Source of the DNA: Gloeobacterales cyanobacterium
Lineage (GTDB): Bacteria > Cyanobacteriota > Cyanobacteriia > Gloeobacterales > PMM-0068
DNA length: 64,000 nucleotides
Reading direction: 5' to 3'
Assembly: GCA_038245785.1 (NCBI GenBank)
Contig: JBBRSB010000013.1
Location: 1-64,000, forward strand
The stretch's first letter is position 1; each line of letters opens with the position of its first letter. Below are positions 57,293 through 64,000 of the stretch, one piece after another. Under the pieces are notes generated by a model. It saw only the letters and a list, made by a program, of their open reading frames with translations. It was not told the origin of the DNA and made no database searches. A program made the position numbers and the translations under genes.

Positions 57293-57723
57293 ATATACGC
57301 GTGAAGCCCATGGAATCTCCAGAAGAGTGGTTAGGGGCGTGTGAAGTTAGGCGCTTAGTTTTTCAAGAAGAACAAGGTATCTCTGCTGATTTAGAATTTG
57401 ATGGACAAGATGATGCTGCACAACACTTTATTGCCTTGATTGGGCAGCAAATAGTTGGAACAGCAAGAGTGCGCTACTTTCCTGAACAAAATGCTGCAAA
57501 AATTGAACGGATGGCAGTCTTATCAAACTTTAGGAAACAGGGAATTGGCTTTGAATTGATGCAACATATTTTGAACTATTTACAGCTCACAGGAGTTCAA
57601 ACGACTAAAATCCATGCACAAGAAAGAGTGAAGCCCTTCTACGAAAGGTTAGGGTTCCAACAGCAGGGACTTCCTTTTGATGAAGCAGGAATTAGTCATG
57701 TTTCTATGATTCGAAAGTTATGA
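57289..57723 (+). CDS. GNAT acetyltransferase (YjcF/ElaA-like)
   Basis: R..VF.EEQ, KIERMAV...RKQGIG, FYERLGF, F.EAGI.H. Confidence 0.9.
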   Translation: MNIRVKPMESPEEWLGACEVRRLVFQEEQGISADLEFDGQDDAAQHFIALIGQQIVGTARVRYFPEQNAAKIERMAVLSNFRKQGIGFELMQHILNYLQLTGVQTTKIHAQERVKPFYERLGFQQQGLPFDEAGISHVSMIRKL

Positions 57724-57764
57724 ATCTGAGAATTAGATAGTAGATACTCCAATGATTTTCTTGC

Positions 57765-57840
57765 AGATCCCCCAAGCAAAAGAGAACTTTGAGCTGTAAA
57801 TGGCATTGTCCCCCTTAGTAAGGGGGGAGCGGGGGGATCT
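57765..57840. repeat. REP-like dispersed repeat, copy 2 (intact)
   Basis: Ends AGATCCCCC / GGGGGATCT; inner CCCCCTTAGTAAGGGGG hairpin. Confidence 0.8.
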
Positions 57841-57870
57841 ATCATGGTTATGGATTCTCTATAAGTTTTT

Positions 57871-58350
57871 ATGGATATTGTTTGGCTCCACGGTTCTCAC
57901 CTTCGATCTAGTGATCCAGCTTTGGCTGCAAATCCTGATGCTTCCGTCATCTTTATCTTTGATACTGACTATCTAAAAAGTCAAAAAACAGCCTTCCATC
58001 GTCTTCAGTTTATGTACGAAGGAATTTTAGATGTATATCAAAATATTCCTAACATGATGAAAGAAATTCACTTGGGGCGCTTGGAGGATGAACTTTTAGC
58101 GTTTGCACACAAAGTCAAAGCAACTCACCTACACACTACCGTTAGCGAATCTCCTGAATTTCGAGCTGCCGTCGCTTCCCTAGAAAAAAACCTGCCTATA
58201 GCGCTTTATGAGTCACCGCCTATGATCACGGGCTACACAGAAGAGCCTGTCCGCTTCTCTCGCTATTGGCGCAAGGTAGGGGTTCAGGTTCTGGGCTATC
58301 CTCCTGAGCAGAAAAGTCCTTTCCATAAAACCAATAAAACTAGACGTTAG
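57871..58350 (+). CDS. Stand-alone photolyase N-terminal alpha/beta-like domain
   Basis: IVWLHG..LR..DPAL, FIFD, RLQFMYE, RFSRYW; no FAD-binding domain. Confidence 0.65.
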   Translation: MDIVWLHGSHLRSSDPALAANPDASVIFIFDTDYLKSQKTAFHRLQFMYEGILDVYQNIPNMMKEIHLGRLEDELLAFAHKVKATHLHTTVSESPEFRAAVASLEKNLPIALYESPPMITGYTEEPVRFSRYWRKVGVQVLGYPPEQKSPFHKTNKTRR

Positions 58351-58354
58351 CTGT

Positions 58355-58918
58355 ATGCAAGAACTTCGTAACCAGGTTCAATCCCAACTTCAGCAAGGAA
58401 AAGTCATTGGCTTTGCCACGGATACCGTGCCCGCCCTTGCTACCCTGCCAGAACATGGAGAAAAAATCTTCTCTTTGAAGCGACGTCCAGGCAACAAGCC
58501 TTTGATCCTGTTGGGCGCTGATCTGGAACAGCTCAAACCCTATATTCAAGGTTGGCAAAGGGAATGGCAAACCTTAGCTCAAGACGCTTGGCCTGGTCCG
58601 CTGACCCTTATTTTACCTGCGAGTTCACGGGTCCCAGAGGCTGTACATCGTGGACAGGAGACTGTTGGCATCAGAGTTCCAGCTATCGGCCAAGAATGGC
58701 TGGCCGAGATTGGTCCCTTGGCGACTACCAGCGCTAATCGATCGGGCCATCCCCCTGTTCAAGGCCAAGTAGAATTTCAAGCTTTATTTCCGGAAGTACT
58801 CGTGCTTCCAGGGCTTTACGAACAAGCTACGGGTTCTTCCTCCACTATTGTCCTCTGGAAAGGAGATCGGTGGGTTTTGCTTCGCGAAGGAAAATTTTCT
58901 TTACCCCGAAAGCTTTAG
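58355..58918 (+). CDS. tsaC: Threonylcarbamoyl-AMP synthase
   Basis: TDTVPAL, LKRRP.NKPL, WPGPLTL, GIRVP, TTSANRSG. Confidence 0.9.
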   Translation: MQELRNQVQSQLQQGKVIGFATDTVPALATLPEHGEKIFSLKRRPGNKPLILLGADLEQLKPYIQGWQREWQTLAQDAWPGPLTLILPASSRVPEAVHRGQETVGIRVPAIGQEWLAEIGPLATTSANRSGHPPVQGQVEFQALFPEVLVLPGLYEQATGSSSTIVLWKGDRWVLLREGKFSLPRKL

Positions 58919-59139
58919 GGAATCTAAGGAATCATCGGGGTCTATTAACGAAGTGTAAGCAAGAGGAGTATGATAAAAGAGATTGAGTAGTTCTACCCAG
59001 ACAAAAACCTAGTTTATTAGGTAAGTATTTTCTGGTTTGGGGTAACAATAAAGCCCCCTGTTCAAACGCTTTCTAACAGTGCGAGCCTACGAAATAGATA
59101 GGGCTTGCCTGTCTTTCCTATGTTACCCAAGGAGGTACA

Positions 59140-59451
59140 ATGACCACCACTACGCCTGCGAAAAAATATAGCTTAAAAGTCTATTGGTCGGAGGAATCCC
59201 TGTTGCTTGGGGTAGATCGCCTTTATAACACCAGCCGTTCTCCCATTACAGACTATTTCAATTGGCCAAAAGAGAATGCTTGGGAATCTCTGAAGGTGCA
59301 ATTGGAAAAAAAAGAGTGGATTGACCAGCATGAGCGCTATTCTCTGCTACAGCAAGCTACGGATGTGATTAATTTCTGGCAGCAAAAGAAAGAAAACCCT
59401 TCCGTGGAAGGAGCTCGGGAAAAATTCCCAGAGGTGCTTTTTGTAACCTAG
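59140..59451 (+). CDS. ycf65: Ribosomal protein PSRP-3/Ycf65
   Basis: LKVYW...LGVD...SPITDYFNWPK.NAWE.LK..LE.K.WI; GGAGG RBS. Confidence 0.85.
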   Translation: MTTTTPAKKYSLKVYWSEESLLLGVDRLYNTSRSPITDYFNWPKENAWESLKVQLEKKEWIDQHERYSLLQQATDVINFWQQKKENPSVEGAREKFPEVLFVT

Positions 59452-59476
59452 CGCACTTTGGTCTTCAGTAAATGGG

Positions 59477-59495
59477 GCCTCCTGCGGGAGGCTTT
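59477..59495 (+). terminator. Intrinsic terminator after ycf65
   Basis: GCCTCC-TGCG-GGAGGC followed by TTT. Confidence 0.6.
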
Positions 59496-59654
59496 GCAAA
59501 AATTTACAAATTAGATTACATTACTATAGTTACCCCCTGCGATTGAGCTTTATCCTCCGACATAAGTTTAAGGATGGATGTTTTAGAAAAGCCTTTTCTC
59601 AACATGAAAGCAGTCGCAAACGGTGGGTTGTTGTACACCCTGTTTGGATGCTTC

Positions 59655-61103
59655 ATGGAACATACGTTTGCTAGTCTTGGCTTGAGTGAGACCCTGGTTG
59701 ATGCCGTAAAAGTGTTGGGATTTGAAGAACCAACCCCCGTCCAAGTCCAAGCCATTCCTCCTCTTTTACAAGGGCGAGATGTGTTGGCACTTGCTCAAAC
59801 GGGAACTGGAAAGACAGCAGCTTTCTCGCTGCCAATGATTCAACTGATTGATATCAAGCAACATGCTGTACAGGGTTTAGTTCTCACACCAACGAGAGAA
59901 CTTACTGTTCAGGTCGCAGAAGCCATTCATACCTATGGCGAATCTTTTGGGCTGAAGGTATTGCCTGTTTTTGGAGGTCAACCGATTGACCGTCAGATCC
60001 GCCGTTTACAGAAAGGCATGCATTTAGTGGTCGGCACCCCTGGCCGGGTGATTGACCTCCTCGACCGGAAAGAATTGAAGCTTGACCATCTGAGAATGGT
60101 CGTCATGGATGAAGCCGACCAGATGTTGGATATGGGCTTCATTGATGCTGTCGAAGAAATTTTGCAACATGCGTCCAAAGAGCGTCAGACCTCACTATTT
60201 TCTGCAACAATGCCTTCTGCCATCCGCAGACTGGCTCAGCGCTATCTGAAAGACCCTGTCAGCGTCACGGTTACGCCTACGACGGCAAGCAAGGCTCAAA
60301 TTGAACAGCGTTTTTATACCGTTTCTAATCATGCAAGATTGGAGTCTTTAAGCCGCATTCTGGCTGTGGAAAATCCGACTTCTTCAATTATTTTCACACG
60401 TACCAAGCGGGATGCTGCCCAACTAGCCCAAGAGCTACAGGGACAAGGTTATCGCTGTGATGCCCTGCACGGGGATATTGACCAGATGACCCGGCAATTT
60501 GTCTTAGACAAGTTCCGCAACCAACAGCTGACTATCCTTACAGCTACAGATGTGGCTGCTCGTGGATTGGACATTAACGACCTCAGTCATGTGTTTAACT
60601 ATGAGCCACCCCAGAATGTGGAAAGCTATATTCACCGGATTGGCAGGACGGGAAGAGCGGGGAAACAGGGGGTTGCGATTACCCTGATTGCGCCTCAGGA
60701 ACGTCGGTTTATGAGTTCGGTTGAAAGACACACAGGGAAAGCCGTTCAAGTCTGGAAGCTTCCTACCTTGGCAGAGGTAGAAGCACAGAAGCTACAGGCT
60801 CTGCGTCTTACCTTGGAGACCATTCTGGAGAAGGCAGACCTCGCAGGCTACGAAAAGTTCTTGGAACGATTTAGAGGAGAGCGGGACGCTTTGCAATTGG
60901 CGGCGGCGGCTCTTTACTTTGCGAAGCAAGGGCCTTTTGTGGAAGGGGTGCCTGAGGAGCAAGAACGTCCTCCAGAGCGGAAGTTCTCAAATTCCAATTA
61001 TGACGACCGTCCAAGACGTACTTTCTCGTCTTCTGGTTCTGGAGGTTCTGGCCGTCCAAGAGCTAATTCTGGATCTGGGCGCGTGCGGGCCGAAAAGTAC
61101 TAG
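59655..61103 (+). CDS. DEAD-box RNA helicase (CrhR/DeaD-like)
   Basis: Q motif, AQTGTGKT, PTREL, DEAD, SAT, ARGLD, HRIGRTGRAG; ATG at 59655 preferred. Confidence 0.93.
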   Translation: MEHTFASLGLSETLVDAVKVLGFEEPTPVQVQAIPPLLQGRDVLALAQTGTGKTAAFSLPMIQLIDIKQHAVQGLVLTPTRELTVQVAEAIHTYGESFGLKVLPVFGGQPIDRQIRRLQKGMHLVVGTPGRVIDLLDRKELKLDHLRMVVMDEADQMLDMGFIDAVEEILQHASKERQTSLFSATMPSAIRRLAQRYLKDPVSVTVTPTTASKAQIEQRFYTVSNHARLESLSRILAVENPTSSIIFTRTKRDAAQLAQELQGQGYRCDALHGDIDQMTRQFVLDKFRNQQLTILTATDVAARGLDINDLSHVFNYEPPQNVESYIHRIGRTGRAGKQGVAITLIAPQERRFMSSVERHTGKAVQVWKLPTLAEVEAQKLQALRLTLETILEKADLAGYEKFLERFRGERDALQLAAAALYFAKQGPFVEGVPEEQERPPERKFSNSNYDDRPRRTFSSSGSGGSGRPRANSGSGRVRAEKY

Positions 61104-61137
61104 TTAGAGAGCGAATTTTCCGGTGCATCATAAATCT

Positions 61138-61659
61138 ATGATCTATCGGTCAGTGATTAATTTAGCGGGTTGGCTGGGATGGAGCTTTTCTATCTTGGTT
61201 CAACCCGCTTTTTCGCAGGAAGTGGGTTGGGGGAACTACCAATATCCTCTGGAAGAACAAAGCCCTAAGCCTAATGTCCAGCTCGTGATCCATCGCCGTG
61301 CACACACGCTGCAAGTCCTAGATGCAGAGGGAAAGATCTCCAAACAGTATCCAATTGCCATAGGTAGAGCTGCTTGGCCCACTCCGCAGGGTAAATTTCA
61401 AGTGCTTAAAAAAATTGAAAATCCCATATTCCAGAGCTTTCGTACAGGGGCGTTAACGAAAGCCGGAAAAGCAAATCCTTTAGGTCTGTATTACTTGCAG
61501 TATCACGAAGGCAAAATAGGAGAATTTGGCATTCACGGGACCGATGAGGAAAACTCCATCGGCAAATCGATCTCTCATGGCTGTATTCGCATGCACAACA
61601 AGGATATTGCCGAACTATATCAGTTGGTAGATCAGGGAACGCCTGTGACCATTGATTAA
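61138..61659 (+). CDS. L,D-transpeptidase (YkuD domain)
   Basis: TPQG.F, NPLG, GIHGT...SHGCIRM. Confidence 0.92.
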   Translation: MIYRSVINLAGWLGWSFSILVQPAFSQEVGWGNYQYPLEEQSPKPNVQLVIHRRAHTLQVLDAEGKISKQYPIAIGRAAWPTPQGKFQVLKKIENPIFQSFRTGALTKAGKANPLGLYYLQYHEGKIGEFGIHGTDEENSIGKSISHGCIRMHNKDIAELYQLVDQGTPVTID

Positions 61660-61705
61660 ACATCCCTCAGTCCCTGCAGGACAGCTCCCCACCCTTCGTT
61701 GATTG

Positions 61706-61726
61706 ATTGGTGAGCCCGGCAAGGAT
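61706..61726. repeat. 21-bp duplication of the tRNA-Arg 3' end (att-like core)
   Basis: ATTGGTGAGCCCGGCAAGGAT, identical to 61768-61788. Confidence 0.9.
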
Positions 61727-61769
61727 TAGCCAGGCTCTGCGCAGGAGTGTCTACTATCGCATCATTAAT

Positions 61770-61844
61770 TGGTGAGCCCGGCAAGGATCGAACTTGCGCA
61801 CCTGGTTCCGGAAACCAGTACTCTATCCACTGAGCTACGGGCCC
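61770..61844 (-). tRNA. tRNA-Arg(CCG), CCA encoded
   Basis: GGGCCCG acceptor stem, anticodon arm CTGGT-TTCCGGA-ACCAG, T arm GCAAG-TTCGATC-CTTGC, ACCA end. Confidence 0.95.
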
Positions 61845-61944
61845 AACGGTTTAATACCATAGCATTCTTCTTGACCTGATGCCTACTGATGTTTCGCTAT
61901 CTAATTGAAAATAGAATAGACTGACCGAACTTCTTGGATATGGG

Positions 61945-63273
61945 ATGACTGTACAGATGTTTAATCAGATAGACAATACTCCTCAGTTCTTGCAGTATCA
62001 GGCAGCCTCTCTACTAGTCTATCAATCTGTTTTATCCAATGAAGTCGGTAGTGCTTTCCTAGAATTACTAAAAGCTATTGATAAATTGCAACATAGTGCC
62101 GAGCACGACCGGAAAGAATATCTATATGCCTATGGACACTGGTTTTATGCCCTAGCCGATGCAAATCAAAGTTGGCAAGATTATCTGGTTGAGCAAATTC
62201 AATGGGCTGACAATCCATTTACGCAACAGGCACAAAAACTCGATCTAGAAGACTTGCCTCCTATATTCATAAACGCAGCCAAACATGATTTGAAAGCACT
62301 ACAGAGCCTCTATAAATTTAGCAGTGAGCATATTGAGCAGTGGACTCAAGAAATTTTACCAAACAGCTATAAACCTGTCTTCTGGTCACAGAAGACTTCG
62401 ACTTTATCGGATAATTTTTCACTTCATGCCTTTAAAAATTGGTCTGATGCCCTAGAGGAGTTAGTTACTCACTACCGGATTTGGGGGACAGGAATATTGG
62501 CGGAGTATCAAGCTTTGCAATGGCACGACGGGAAGCTCATAGGCGTTGCTTATCCTGATCGAGTTCGAATCAGTGATCTTGTTGGCTGCGAGGTTCAACG
62601 AGATTTACTGGTTAAAAACACTGAAGCTTTGTTATCAGGCTATCCTGCCCTACACGTACTCCTCTATGGCAGTCGAGGTTCTGGTAAATCTTCACTCGTG
62701 AAATCACTGTTAACAGAATATGGAAGCCGAGGACTACGCCTTATTGAAGTCACTAAATCTGAATTGATCAATCTGCCGATCATTGTGGATAAACTAAGGC
62801 AAATCTCTAAAAAGTTTATTCTTTTTGTAGATGACCTATCTTTTGAGGAAGATGAAGATACTTACAAAGCTCTAAAAGTGGTGTTGGAAGGCAACTTAAC
62901 CGCTCGCCCACAAAATGTAGTTGTCTATGCCACTTCCAACCGACGCCATCTAATTCGAGAATTTTTTGGAGATCGTCCCCAGCCAGGTTCTAGCGATGAA
63001 GTTCATGGTTGGGATACGGTGCAAGAGAAATTATCTTTAAGCGACCGTTTTGGCTTGACTCTGACGTTTATACCCGCTGATCAAAAACTCTATCTCCAGA
63101 TAGTTCATCACCTCGCCCAACAATCGGGCATCCCTCTGGAGTCTAAAGATTTAGAATTTCGAGCGTTGCAATGGGCAGTGCAGCATAACGGCCGTTCCGG
63201 TAGAACCGCTAGACAATTCGTCGATTTCCTTCAGGCAGAGCTAGCTCTTTCTCAAGCAAAACCTAGTGCTTAA
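61945..63273 (+). CDS. DUF815-family AAA+ ATPase
   Basis: GSRGSGKSS, FVDDLSFE, YATSNRRHL, SLSDRFG, GRSGRTA. Confidence 0.9.
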   Translation: MTVQMFNQIDNTPQFLQYQAASLLVYQSVLSNEVGSAFLELLKAIDKLQHSAEHDRKEYLYAYGHWFYALADANQSWQDYLVEQIQWADNPFTQQAQKLDLEDLPPIFINAAKHDLKALQSLYKFSSEHIEQWTQEILPNSYKPVFWSQKTSTLSDNFSLHAFKNWSDALEELVTHYRIWGTGILAEYQALQWHDGKLIGVAYPDRVRISDLVGCEVQRDLLVKNTEALLSGYPALHVLLYGSRGSGKSSLVKSLLTEYGSRGLRLIEVTKSELINLPIIVDKLRQISKKFILFVDDLSFEEDEDTYKALKVVLEGNLTARPQNVVVYATSNRRHLIREFFGDRPQPGSSDEVHGWDTVQEKLSLSDRFGLTLTFIPADQKLYLQIVHHLAQQSGIPLESKDLEFRALQWAVQHNGRSGRTARQFVDFLQAELALSQAKPSA

Positions 63274-64000
63274 GGGTTCGGCAAGGCTCTTGATTCGCAC
63301 ACAAGATCTTCGTTGTCTGTGGAAGCGCTCCCCATTCCTTAAACCAGACACCAAGAGCGATCAATTTTTTCTTGGTCTTGTCCTTGAGTTCCTGGCTAGG
63401 AGCTTCTTTGTAATACTGAATCCACAGGCTAATGGCCCGTTCCTTGTCGTTCATTTTATTGTAGAACGCTGCGGCAAAAGAACGGAAGACGACTGGAGCA
63501 CCGGGTGCATCAGCAGCCTTAATAAAATATTTAGCGGCGGTAGGAAGGTCTTTTTTATAGAGAAAGGCTACTCCGGCATAGTTCCGATAGAGTTCCCAGG
63601 AGTCTGGAGCTGACGGATTGAGGAGAATGCCTCTAGATAAAATCTTTAAAGCTTTATCGGGGTCCTCCTGCATTCCGGCTACTGCATAGCTGGCTGCTGC
63701 ATAAGCTTTAACAAATTTGGGGTCTATGGCTGTGACCAATTCCAGGTAATCGTCACAATAATCAAAGTTTGTCTTCTCGCGGGCTTTAGTATCTCCAAAA
63801 TATTGAACATACTGCAGCCAATACCAGTCAGCAACCAAATTATCCATACCAAACAAGAAAGGCTTGATCGCCTCTGCCTTGGGTAGAACAGGAGGTGCAG
63901 TCAGAACACGGTCCGTTCGCTGGCTCAAGTCAGAACGCGGCCATTGCAAAGCTGCGATCAGGCCCAAAAAAAGTACCGTACAGGCGAGCGCGATGACGGA
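63263..64000 (-). CDS. Membrane-anchored TPR-like protein, 5' end beyond the window
   Basis: Frame is open to base 64000 (SVIALACTVLFLGLIAALQ...); ADWYWL..VQYFG and IDPKF motifs, helical repeats. Confidence 0.7.
   Translation of the reverse strand, partial: SVIALACTVLFLGLIAALQWPRSDLSQRTDRVLTAPPVLPKAEAIKPFLFGMDNLVADWYWLQYVQYFGDTKAREKTNFDYCDDYLELVTAIDPKFVKAYAAASYAVAGMQEDPDKALKILSRGILLNPSAPDSWELYRNYAGVAFLYKKDLPTAAKYFIKAADAPGAPVVFRSFAAAFYNKMNDKERAISLWIQYYKEAPSQELKDKTKKKLIALGVWFKEWGALPQTTKILCANQEPCRTLKH

Noticed and set aside
61706..61788. Minimal CRISPR repeat-spacer-repeat
   Set aside because: The repeat is the tRNA 3' end itself, there are only two copies and no cas genes are present
1..61844. 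One large ICE running from the tRNA-Arg to the T4SS
   Set aside because: The second att-like copy is only 62 bp from the first, no integrase is visible, and many core genes lie between

Overview
Cyanobacterial chromosome segment, possibly from an early-branching Gloeobacterales-like lineage (inferred from scarce HIP1 and divergent proteins). Bases 1-8.6 kb hold part of a cyanobacterial-type (MPF_C) type IV secretion/conjugation operon that runs off the left edge. It has an AT-rich secreted-protein + VirB6 cassette and is followed by a TrbI-like pseudogene and LprI. Next come a metal-uptake block (two SLH porins with Yfr1-type target sites, a HhH protein, FTR1 with three Fur-like boxes, a ZnuA-like protein with a Zur box), a CysR-like regulator, nucA/nuiA and a stand-alone Pls/PosA-type poly-amino-acid synthetase. 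Housekeeping genes (FabF-like synthase, cyclophilin, sphR/sphS, SpoIID, tamB, sucrose spp/sps/invertase, tsaC, PSRP-3, DEAD helicase, tRNA-Arg) are interleaved with small islands and scars. These include a decayed hsdM/antitoxin/vapC locus, a paired AAA_35 NTPase receptor/HTH system, an AT-rich GT-C-like gene, a MITE nested in a REP-like repeat, an IS1 remnant in a ferredoxin pseudogene, a GC-rich katG, a cysA remnant and a duplicated tRNA 3' end. An atypical PII with two NtcA boxes is also present. No CRISPR array or rRNA was seen. All family calls come from motif recognition, not database searches.
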